Both the position numbers and the translations under genes were made by a program. Positions 38,340 to 46,414 of a stretch of 64,000 nt of DNA are shown in pieces. A model generated the notes under the pieces. That model was given only the letters and a program-made list of their open reading frames with translations, did not search any database and was not told the origin of the DNA. Each line of letters begins with the position of its first letter. Position 1 is the first letter of the stretch. Source of the stretch: Bacteroidota bacterium (lineage in GTDB: Bacteria > Bacteroidota > Bacteroidia > Bacteroidales > GCA-2748055); the NCBI GenBank assembly GCA_039714775.1, contig JBDLIQ010000001.1, positions 19,294 to 83,293 on the forward strand, read 5' to 3'.

Positions 38340-39768
38340 AGCTGCTCTGTTTAACAGGGATCCGTAAAAAAAGGGTGATGTTCGCTTTCCACCTGCCCTC
38401 CAGAAGGGTCCCGAATCTGTACCTTTCGGCACCAACCTTCATCCCCGCCATCTCACCCCTGAAAAAGAGTCCTGCAGAGGGGACCAGGCTGTAATTCACC
38501 CCGGGATGCTCGCTTATTCCCCGGTACGAAGGGAATGAGAGCATGCCGTAGAGCGCTCCATAGAATCCGTACTCAACCCCTGAATTGTCCATGATCAGGG
38601 TAAAGTACCTCCCCACACCGTGGGTCCATATGAACCTCTGTTCGCGGTACTGGTGAATCAGGGTGTCGTTCTGCTCAACCTGGACAATTCTGTAGGCGGG
38701 GCGGAAGTCAACACCTGTCTCAATAAAATAGCCGAATTTCCGGTCCATGAGCCACAGCCTGACCTGCATCATATATTCGCGGGTTCCGAAACTGTTTCCC
38801 CATCCCAACCCAAATTCTGAAAAATCGGGATAGGGGGTGGGGGTGGCCCCATTTGATTTCAGGATCTGCGCGATCTTTTTTTGCTTATGCCGGATCGCCA
38901 GGTCATAGAGGTTCTGGTTTTTTCTGATGGAGTGGTCAACACTGGCACCGCTGTCCACCAGGATCCGGGCACTCTCCAGGCTCCCCGAACGGATGGCATG
39001 GGCAAGCGGGGTGTAATTCTGACTGTTGACAAGTTCGGTGTTTGCCCGGTACTCCAGCAGGAGGGAGGTCATCTCCTCATTGTCCTGCTGGGCCGCAACC
39101 ATCAGCGGTGTATTCTGTTTCTTATCCTTTGAATCGGGCGGAGAGCTGTTCTGGAGCAGGACATCGGCACACTCCAGCTGTCCAAGGCACACTGCAGTCA
39201 TCATGGCGGTGTTTCCATCGCGGTCCGTAAGGTTGTGCGAGGCACCAAAAAAGAGAAGCAGGTCGGCCATCGCATAATCGTTTATGGCGGCGGCATAGAT
39301 CAGCGGGGTTCCCCCGTAGAAGTCGCGATGGTCAGGATCTGCTCCCATTTTAAGCAGGATATGTGCTGCATCAAATTTCCGGTTCAGCACTGCCACCATG
39401 AGGGGTGTGGTTTTCTCCACATGGGTTAGCTCCAGGTCAGCACCGTTCAGCACCAGCAGCTTTATAATTGTGGTGTCTCCACCCTCTGCGGCAAACATCA
39501 GGGCGGTCATTCCGCCCTCCGCCCGGGCATTGGGGCTTGCACCCCGCTTCAACAGGAAGAGAACCGCGGCAGGATCATCATGCAATACCGACTCAACCAG
39601 GTTCCACTCATCTTCTCCTGCTTTAAAATAAGATGTATCGGAAAGTGTCGACGGACTGGCAGTTTGTGCATAGATTGCCGGGGCCCGCATGGAGAGAGAG
39701 ACCGGTGCGATAAAAAGGATAATGAGATATATAACCCCAGCTGTTTTAGCCACCTTTCTGTTTGACAC
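38314..39768 (-). CDS. Secreted ankyrin-repeat protein with C-terminal beta-rich (putative outer-membrane barrel) domain
   Basis: 484 aa with a signal peptide (cleavage near IYA/QT). About 7-8 ANK repeats (G.TALM.AA..G......LL..GA). The last ~165 aa show alternating aromatic/hydrophobic beta-strand patterns and end in ..FKEISY. Confidence 0.7.
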   Translation of the reverse strand: MSNRKVAKTAGVIYLIILFIAPVSLSMRAPAIYAQTASPSTLSDTSYFKAGEDEWNLVESVLHDDPAAVLFLLKRGASPNARAEGGMTALMFAAEGGDTTIIKLLVLNGADLELTHVEKTTPLMVAVLNRKFDAAHILLKMGADPDHRDFYGGTPLIYAAAINDYAMADLLLFFGASHNLTDRDGNTAMMTAVCLGQLECADVLLQNSSPPDSKDKKQNTPLMVAAQQDNEEMTSLLLEYRANTELVNSQNYTPLAHAIRSGSLESARILVDSGASVDHSIRKNQNLYDLAIRHKQKKIAQILKSNGATPTPYPDFSEFGLGWGNSFGTREYMMQVRLWLMDRKFGYFIETGVDFRPAYRIVQVEQNDTLIHQYREQRFIWTHGVGRYFTLIMDNSGVEYGFYGALYGMLSFPSYRGISEHPGVNYSLVPSAGLFFRGEMAGMKVGAERYRFGTLLEGRWKANITLFLRIPVKQSSYEFKEISY

Positions 39769-40090
39769 TGTAGCCTTTTTCCTTTAATAGTCCTGTAACC
39801 CGCTCCCTGAAGTCGCCCTGAATGATGATCTCTCCATCTTTGACCGCTCCCCCGGCACCACATTTAACTTTCAGCTCTTTACCCAGTGCCTTCAGCTCAT
39901 CACTACTGCCTCTGAACCCTTCAACAAGGGTAACAGCCTTTCCCTTTCGCCTCTTCCTGTCCAGCGAGACATAGAGCTTCTGCTCATGGGCGGCAGGGGT
40001 CTCCTCCTGTGCATCCTGCTCCGCATCAAATTTGTAGTCGGGATCGGTGGAGTAGACCATCCCCAGTCGTTTCTTCCAGTCGTTTTCCAT
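39746..40090 (-). CDS. yciH: SUI1/eIF1-family translation initiation factor (YciH-like)
   Basis: 114 aa. LVYSTD-type N-terminus (MVYSTDPDY), KGKAVTLVEGF and KCGAGGAVKDGEIIIQGDFRE. Confidence 0.88.
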   Translation of the reverse strand: MENDWKKRLGMVYSTDPDYKFDAEQDAQEETPAAHEQKLYVSLDRKRRKGKAVTLVEGFRGSSDELKALGKELKVKCGAGGAVKDGEIIIQGDFRERVTGLLKEKGYSVKQKGG

Positions 40091-40099
40091 GATGAGCTG

Positions 40100-42286
40100 T
40101 TAATTCCCAAGTTCAAGCTGGTTGCGCACCAGGTTGAAGTAGTCTCCCTTTTTGGCAATGAGGGCATTGTGCTTCCCCTCTTCTACGATCTTTCCTTTGT
40201 CCAGAACGATGATATGGTCTGCACTCTTCACCGTACTGAGCCTGTGGGCCACGATCAATACGGTTTTTCCCCTGAAGACCAGCTCCAGGTTCTTCATGAT
40301 CCGCCGTTCATTGTTGGCATCCAGTGCACTGGTGCCTTCATCCAGGAAGAGGAATGAAGGATTCTTATAGATGGCGCGGGCAATAAGGATCCGTTGTTGC
40401 TCTCCTCCGCTGAGGGTCAGGCCCTCCTGTCCGATCTTTGTATTATAGCCAAGGGGCAGCTGGTCGATAAAATCGTCAATGCACGCCATGCGCGCAGCAT
40501 AGAGCAGCTGATCAGGTTTGATCACCTCCTCACCCATGGCAATGTTCCTGGAGATGGTGTCTGAAAAGATGAAACCATCCTGCATCACCACGCCGCACTG
40601 GCTCCTCCAGAGATCCGGCGACATCATCCGGATGTTCATATCTCCGGCGCGAATCTCCCCGTCGGCTGGTGGATAAAAACCCAGTAGCAGCCTGACCAGC
40701 GTGGTCTTGCCGCTTCCGCTGACACCCACAACAGCTGTAACGGTATCCTTTTTCAGGGTCAGGTTGATCCCCTCCAGTACACTCCGGCTAAGGGCGCCCG
40801 GATAGCTGAAACCAAGGTTGTTGACCGTAACCCTGTCGATGGAGGGAAGCACGGTGACCCCGGTCTGCTTTTGAAATTCGTCCTCCAGGTCGTGGATCTC
40901 TCCCAGTCTTTCGAGACTGATACGGGCATCCTGGGCCCTGTGAAAGAAGGAGATCATCTGCTCAATGGGTCCGTTCAGTTGTCCCAGGATATAGCTGACA
41001 GCCAGCAGCATCCCCAGGGTCATCTGTCCGTTTATCACGGCAATGGCCGCAACCACATTGATCAGGATGTTCTTTGTTTCGTTGATAAACACACCCCCTG
41101 CCTCCTGGTTCTGATTCAGGGCAAGGCTCTTCATATTTACCCTGAAAAGCCCGGCCTGGATATCCTTCCACTCCCACTGGTTGAGGCGTTCAGCACTGTT
41201 CAGTTTGATCTCCCTGATCCCGTGTATGATCTGGATCAGTTTGCTCTGGTTCTCGGCCTGTTTGGTGAAATATTTATGATCCAGTGACCTTCTTCGTTTC
41301 ATGAAGAGGCTGATCCAGAGGAAGTAACCAAATAAGCCTGCGATGAAAATAAGCAGGATCTTCAGGCTGTAGATGCCCAGGATCACGGCGAAAACCACCA
41401 GGTTGACCATGGAGAAGAGGATGGTCAGAGAGGAGGTGGTGATGAACGACTCGATCCTTCTGTGGTCACCCACACGCTGAAGGATATCCCCTGTAAGTTT
41501 TGTGTCGAAGAAGCCCACCGGCAGTTTCATCATCTTGACCAGGAAATCGGAGATGAGCGCAATGTTGATCCGGGTACTCAGGTGAAGCAGGATCCACCTG
41601 CGGATAAAGTCGATCCCCATCTGCGAGAGAATCAGAACGAACTGGAAGAGCAGGATCAGGAAGATGAATGAAAGATCCTGGTTGGTGATCCCGAAATCTA
41701 CAATGGACTGAAACAGGAAGGGCAGGAGGAACTGGATGATGCTGCCCAGCACCAATCCGAGGAGCAGGTGATTTACATATCGTTTGTAGGGTGAAAGGTA
41801 CCGGAAGAGGTATCTGAATCCACTCTTTTTAACAGGTTCATCCTCCTGGTTCAGGAATTCAGGAGTGGGTTGCAGCAACAGGACCGATCCCTTGGCCTCC
41901 CCCTCCTGCCTGGTGCTGATCCACCCTTTCAGGAATTCATCTTTTGTGTAGACCGTCTCTCCGAAGGCAGGATCGGCCACATGGACCCTCTCTTTCCTGA
42001 TCTTATAGACCACTACGAAGTGGTTCTGTTTCCAGTGAACGATCACAGGGAGTGGCGCCTCGGTTTGCAAACGCTCCCAGGTGAGTGAAACCCCCATGGT
42101 TTGCATACCGATGGCCTCAGCCGCCCTGGCAATGCCCAGCATGGAGACACCCTCGATATTGAGGTGGGACTTCTCCCTGAGGCTCTGAAGTGAATAGTGT
42201 TTGCCATAGTGCCGGGCCACCATCCTGAGGCAGGTGGGACCGCAATCCATGGCATCAAGTTGTCTGTAAAAGGGGAATGAAGGCAT
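40100..42286 (-). CDS. Peptidase-C39-domain ABC exporter (PCAT, bacteriocin/peptide-type)
   Basis: 728 aa. C39 triad context DCGPTCLRMV (Cys), HFVVVYKI (His) and VADPAFG (Asp). Six-TM ABC domain. Walker A GVSGSGKTT, signature LSGGEQQR and Walker B FLFLDEGTSALD. Confidence 0.9.
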   Translation of the reverse strand: MPSFPFYRQLDAMDCGPTCLRMVARHYGKHYSLQSLREKSHLNIEGVSMLGIARAAEAIGMQTMGVSLTWERLQTEAPLPVIVHWKQNHFVVVYKIRKERVHVADPAFGETVYTKDEFLKGWISTRQEGEAKGSVLLLQPTPEFLNQEDEPVKKSGFRYLFRYLSPYKRYVNHLLLGLVLGSIIQFLLPFLFQSIVDFGITNQDLSFIFLILLFQFVLILSQMGIDFIRRWILLHLSTRINIALISDFLVKMMKLPVGFFDTKLTGDILQRVGDHRRIESFITTSSLTILFSMVNLVVFAVILGIYSLKILLIFIAGLFGYFLWISLFMKRRRSLDHKYFTKQAENQSKLIQIIHGIREIKLNSAERLNQWEWKDIQAGLFRVNMKSLALNQNQEAGGVFINETKNILINVVAAIAVINGQMTLGMLLAVSYILGQLNGPIEQMISFFHRAQDARISLERLGEIHDLEDEFQKQTGVTVLPSIDRVTVNNLGFSYPGALSRSVLEGINLTLKKDTVTAVVGVSGSGKTTLVRLLLGFYPPADGEIRAGDMNIRMMSPDLWRSQCGVVMQDGFIFSDTISRNIAMGEEVIKPDQLLYAARMACIDDFIDQLPLGYNTKIGQEGLTLSGGEQQRILIARAIYKNPSFLFLDEGTSALDANNERRIMKNLELVFRGKTVLIVAHRLSTVKSADHIIVLDKGKIVEEGKHNALIAKKGDYFNLVRNQLELGN

Positions 42287-42318
42287 ACACCGTGTGGTTA
42301 TGCCTCCTAAATTAAGAA

Positions 42319-43059
42319 TTATTTTTTCAACTTCTTTTGCAACTTATGAGCATTCTTGCCATATGGGCCCGGATTTACCAGCAAAACTTCCAGGGCATCG
42401 GCTGCCTCTTCGGTCCGGTTTGCTTTGATCAGGGCCAGTACCCTGTACCAGACCAGTGCCTGTCCCAGTGAATCCCCGGAGCCTGGTACGCTCTCTTCCA
42501 TTCCGGCCAGCACCTCATTCTGCAGCTCCATCTCCATGGCAGAGAGCAGGCGGAACAGAAGCGCCATCCGGTTGCCGGGATCGGATGTAAGCAGATGGGT
42601 GCTCTTCTCCATGACGGAGCTGTACTCCCCGTCGGTGAAGAGGCGTGCCATTGATTCCGAATCCCCCCGGGTCTCCTGGTTGATGGCCAGGATCACCGGA
42701 TCCCCGGCAGGGTTGTAGAATGCCAGGTGGAGCTCCTCCTCCCGGTTCATTAAGATGATGGCAAGAAAGATAGCCACAGAGGCTGCCAGAGGCAGCAGAA
42801 GAAGCCATCGTGGCTTTCTCTTTCCCGGTAGAGGGTTGTTGCCGGGCAGGGGGCGATCCATCGCCTCCCTGAGCCTGGATGTGAATGCCTCCTCATCCCG
42901 CCGGTTCAATTGGTCACCGATCAGATTGTAGGCAGCCGATACCCGGTCAAAGGATTCCCTGAGCGCTTTGTTCTCGGATAGCTCCGCTTCAAAGGCCCTG
43001 GATTCTTCCCGGGACAGCTCCCCGGAAAGGTATTTGATCATATGGTCAACGCGGTTCAT
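42319..43059 (-). CDS. Anti-sigma-like single-pass membrane protein with TPR-like periplasmic domain
   Basis: 246 aa. N-terminus IKYLSGELSREESRAFEAELSENKALRESF is typical of Bacteroidota anti-sigma/FecR-like N-termini. TM segment WLLLLPLAASVAIFLAIIL, then a helical C-terminal domain. It overlaps the sigma gene by 14 nt. Confidence 0.6.
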   Translation of the reverse strand: MNRVDHMIKYLSGELSREESRAFEAELSENKALRESFDRVSAAYNLIGDQLNRRDEEAFTSRLREAMDRPLPGNNPLPGKRKPRWLLLLPLAASVAIFLAIILMNREEELHLAFYNPAGDPVILAINQETRGDSESMARLFTDGEYSSVMEKSTHLLTSDPGNRMALLFRLLSAMEMELQNEVLAGMEESVPGSGDSLGQALVWYRVLALIKANRTEEAADALEVLLVNPGPYGKNAHKLQKKLKK

Positions 43060-43627
43060 TTTTCAGTCTTTTAAAAAGGGGGTCATTCATAATCCGTTTA
43101 ATCAGGCTCTTTTTGCACCTGTATTTTCGGTCAGCAGCGTGGTGGAGGTCCTTGTAATTCATGGCCTGCATGATCTCATCAACACTGTGGTGGTTGAAGA
43201 ACATGGATAGGATCTTCTGACAATCTTTACTGAGTTGATTGAAATGTCTGTCAAACAGTTCGTTAAGATGTCTTTGCAACAAAGGGTCCTCATCTGGTCC
43301 CGGGTCATTGACCATCATTGGCTGGTGGCGTAGCTTCTCGTCATGCAACCGGTATTTCTTCCGCTCCTGTATCCACACATTTTTACAGATGGCATAGAGG
43401 TAGGTCCCGAATTTGCAGGTCAGCTCAAGATCTCCCTTCCTGATCTTCTTATAGACAATGATCATCGCCTCCTGGAATACATCCCTGGCCTCGTCCCTGC
43501 TTCCCTGGTTGTGGATCACGAATCCTTCGATCACAGGGAAGTAGGTGATGTATACATACTCCAATATGGCAGAATCGTGGTTCCTGATTCCGGGAATGAT
43601 CTCTTTATCTGAGTAAGAGCTCTTCAT
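43046..43627 (-). CDS. Sigma-70-family (ECF-like) RNA polymerase sigma factor
   Basis: 193 aa. Region-2-like DEARDVFQEAMIIVYKK..FGTYLYAICKNVW and region-4-like LSKDCQKILSMFFNHHSVDEIMQAMN. Confidence 0.8.
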   Translation of the reverse strand: MKSSYSDKEIIPGIRNHDSAILEYVYITYFPVIEGFVIHNQGSRDEARDVFQEAMIIVYKKIRKGDLELTCKFGTYLYAICKNVWIQERKKYRLHDEKLRHQPMMVNDPGPDEDPLLQRHLNELFDRHFNQLSKDCQKILSMFFNHHSVDEIMQAMNYKDLHHAADRKYRCKKSLIKRIMNDPLFKRLKNEPR

Positions 43628-43636
43628 TCAGAAAAG

Positions 43637-43674
43637 AAAAAAAAACAGGCAGGTGATGAAACACCACCCGCCTG
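43637..43674 (-). terminator. Intrinsic terminator (or attenuator) ending 9 nt before the sigma-factor start codon
   Basis: Minus-strand RNA: CAGGCGGGUGGU-GUUUC-AUCACCUGCCUG, a 12-bp stem with two G.U pairs, followed by U9. On the plus strand the same positions are A.C mismatches, so the structure is specific to the minus strand. Confidence 0.7.
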
Positions 43675-43736
43675 GTTCAGAATAGTTTTAGTCAGGAAGT
43701 AGAAAAGTACGCTCCCTCTCCCTTGTGCAATGTACA

Positions 43737-43744
43737 CAAATATA
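43737..43744 (-). promoter_or_regulatory. Bacteroidota-type -7 promoter box TATATTTG (consensus TAnnTTTG)
   Basis: Exact match to TAnnTTTG on the minus strand, about 110 nt upstream of the sigma ATG and upstream of the terminator hairpin. A TTG lies about 20 nt further upstream. Confidence 0.4.
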
Positions 43745-43831
43745 TCTGTTTCTTGTTTCAACATCTCCCGCAGTGCTTTCACAGGTATATGTGATGAGGG
43801 GGATAAATATCAGCGTATGCACCGATTTTTT

Positions 43832-44773
43832 TTAGAACGGGAGGTGGTCAAGGTCTGCATTTCCCCCTGAAAGGATCACTCCGATCTTCCTTCGTTTAAA
43901 CTCCGAACGGTTCCTGAAGAGTGCGGCAACAGCCACTGCACTTGAGGGTTCTATAACGATCTTCATCCGTTCCCAGATGAATCGCATCGCTTCGATGATC
44001 TCCGACTCTTCCACCCTGATGATCTTGCTGACAAATTTCTGAATAATCGGGAAATTCTGATCCCCCAGCTGGGTTCTGAGTCCGTCGGCAATGGTTTTCG
44101 GATTGATACTGGGCTGGATCTTTCCTGTTTTCAGGGAGAGGTATGCATCGTCGGCTCCGAAGGGTTCGGCCCCGATGGTTTCAATGTAATAGCTGAGGTG
44201 GTTGGTGGCCAGGGCGGTTCCTGCCAGCAATCCGCCACCCCCAACGGGTGCGATCACCACATCCATGGTATCCACCTCCCGGGCCATCTCCATCACGGCG
44301 GTAGAGTTTCCAAGGATCACATTCATGTCATTGGCGGGATGTATAAAAGTTTCACCTGTCTTCTTCTGCTGGGCCTTCATGGTGCTCTCCCTGCTTTTCA
44401 GTCCGGGGGCACACTCGATGATACGGGCCCCATAGCCGGCCACTGCCTCTCTCTTAATGGCGGGAGCATCAGAAGGCATTATTATGGTTGCCTTTGTATC
44501 GAGCGTCCTGGCAGCCAGTGCCAGGGCAGCGGCAAAGTTACCCGATGAATGGGTAATTACTCCCCGGGCACGCTCCTCATCCGATAGCTGGAGGATGGCA
44601 TTGGTGGCCCCCCTGATCTTGAAAGCACCCATTCTCTGGAAGTTTTCACATTTGAAGAATACAGAGGCCTCGAGCATCCTGTCGATGGTACCGGATGTGA
44701 GTACCGGGGTATTGTGCACATAGGGGGAGACCCTTTTTACAGCTGCCTGTACATCCTTCAGAGTTGGTATCAT
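43832..44773 (-). CDS. PLP-dependent serine/threonine dehydratase (threonine ammonia-lyase / serine-racemase-like fold-type II)
   Basis: PLP-lysine motif NFQRMGAFKIRGATN, a glycine-rich loop GGGGLLAG and HSSGNFAAALA. The ATG at 44773 was chosen. The tracked ORF starts at a TTG at 44821. Confidence 0.88.
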   Translation of the reverse strand: MIPTLKDVQAAVKRVSPYVHNTPVLTSGTIDRMLEASVFFKCENFQRMGAFKIRGATNAILQLSDEERARGVITHSSGNFAAALALAARTLDTKATIIMPSDAPAIKREAVAGYGARIIECAPGLKSRESTMKAQQKKTGETFIHPANDMNVILGNSTAVMEMAREVDTMDVVIAPVGGGGLLAGTALATNHLSYYIETIGAEPFGADDAYLSLKTGKIQPSINPKTIADGLRTQLGDQNFPIIQKFVSKIIRVEESEIIEAMRFIWERMKIVIEPSSAVAVAALFRNRSEFKRRKIGVILSGGNADLDHLPF

Positions 44774-44841
44774 GTTACGATGGGATTGGTCCACTCCTAC
44801 AATATAGTGTACTCTTGGCAAAAAGAAAAACCTAACCTGCC

Positions 44842-45300
44842 CTAAAGTGAGAATCTGTAGCGGATTGTGACCGCAAAGTCAAGAAAATCGGTATCAAAAA
44901 CCTTGTAGAGGTTTATCATCGGTTTCCAGTCGAATCCGAAATTCAGGGGGAGGTCCCTCACTACATATTCGATTCCTCCCATGGCAACCAGACCTGCTGA
45001 AACCTCCTGGTCCCATTCACCTCCGAATACACCTCCACCACCATAGAGCAGCCACCGGCTGCTGGTGGAAACCTCCCGGTGCATCACGTAGAGTGCCGAC
45101 AGATTGAGGCCGTGGTTGTTATAGCCTGCATCGATCTCCACTCCATTCATGCTGTGAAGAAAGAGGCCTTTGTAGGTGATCCCGCTGGTATAGCCGGCCC
45201 TGACCCCTCCCGCGTGGTTGTAAGGTTGTGCCTGCAGTTGCACCGGCAACATCAGGAGGACTGCAAGGAGTGTCAGAACGGGAGGTATAGAGTGCTTCAT
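44842..45300 (-). CDS. Small outer-membrane beta-barrel-like protein (hypothetical)
   Basis: 152 aa with a signal peptide (LPVQLQAQ). Alternating beta-strand pattern, ends ..VTIRYRFSL. Confidence 0.5.
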   Translation of the reverse strand: MKHSIPPVLTLLAVLLMLPVQLQAQPYNHAGGVRAGYTSGITYKGLFLHSMNGVEIDAGYNNHGLNLSALYVMHREVSTSSRWLLYGGGGVFGGEWDQEVSAGLVAMGGIEYVVRDLPLNFGFDWKPMINLYKVFDTDFLDFAVTIRYRFSL

Positions 45301-45303
45301 CTG

Positions 45304-46227
45304 TTATTGTATGTAGCCTTTTACATCAAACAGTGTTTCGGTATAGGAGGGGATCTTCAATCCTTCGGGCAGACGTGTGCTCTTTACGATGGTTGTTTCA
45401 ACCTTTACACGCTGCCTGGAGAGACACTTCTCCAGCCAGCCGGAGTTTCGCTCAACCTGGAAATCGTAGGTCTGGGAACCCGATACGGTCGATTGCACCT
45501 CGCCCAGGGCAATGTTGTCGGTGAATGGTTCCAGGGAGTTGAGCATGCCCATTCCCTGGATGGTCACCAACTCCTCGCTCGTGCGAGTATGGAAAAACCT
45601 GTTTGCCATCTGAACCGGTTTGCTGTTGAGGTAGTAGGTGAAGTCCCTGGTCCAGTTTTTAATGGGCTGGACGTTGGGGTAGATGGTGATCAAAAGGTTG
45701 AACAGGCTTTCAAAGGCGTCGGGACCATACGCTTCGTTGATGGTGGAGTGGATCACCTTCAGTCTGTTTGTGTCACCAGCCGGGAAGGCTGCCATTGATG
45801 TGAAGATTTCATGGAGTCCCTCTACGGAGTGCAGCTCCCCCGATTCGCGCATCGATACCCTGAAGCGCTGGTTCGCCAGGGTATCAATAAGGTTGGAGAG
45901 GATGGGATTCTGTCCCGTCCCGGAGTTGATATCAAGCCCCATTCCCGGAGCAAGCATGGAGAGCAGCAGGTCGTGGTAGCGAACTGTCATATGGATCAGC
46001 CCCGAAGGAGCGGCAGAGTCGACCAGAAACTCCAATTTCATCCGGCTGTACATGCTGATATCCTCACTGTTCATCGATTCGGAGCTTGTGGTTTGCTGAA
46101 TATCGATATCCAGGATATAATGTTTTCCGGGCACCAGGTTGTAGGAGAGCCTGGCATCCTGTGAATACACTGCTGAGGCGGTGCTCAGTAACAGCAGAAG
46201 GGCCGGGATAAGTGATCTGAAATACAT
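45304..46227 (-). CDS. Secreted hypothetical protein
   Basis: Signal peptide after the ATG at 46227 (MYFRSLIPALLLLLSTASAVYSQ). I do not recognise any domain. It ends 3 nt before the next gene. Confidence 0.5.
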   Translation of the reverse strand: MYFRSLIPALLLLLSTASAVYSQDARLSYNLVPGKHYILDIDIQQTTSSESMNSEDISMYSRMKLEFLVDSAAPSGLIHMTVRYHDLLLSMLAPGMGLDINSGTGQNPILSNLIDTLANQRFRVSMRESGELHSVEGLHEIFTSMAAFPAGDTNRLKVIHSTINEAYGPDAFESLFNLLITIYPNVQPIKNWTRDFTYYLNSKPVQMANRFFHTRTSEELVTIQGMGMLNSLEPFTDNIALGEVQSTVSGSQTYDFQVERNSGWLEKCLSRQRVKVETTIVKSTRLPEGLKIPSYTETLFDVKGYIQ

Positions 46228-46414
46228 GGCTGGGACAAACGTACATAATGTTTTATGAAAACAATTCACTCCTTCATAAATAAAGTTGAAAAGTCTTTGT
46301 TATCCAAATAACAATACATACTTTTGTGGTGCTGAGAAGTTGGTTGTTCCGGCTTCGAGGAGTCTTACTTAACATCTGATCCGGAGGAGTAACTGAACGA
46401 AAAGAGAAACAACC

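Noticed and set aside
46270-46414. A possible riboswitch in the ~90-nt leader between a TACTTTTG -7-like box and hydG.
   Set aside because: I could not fold a convincing conserved structure by eye. The only feature is a short CCGG..GAGGAGT direct repeat, and I recognised no known riboswitch core.
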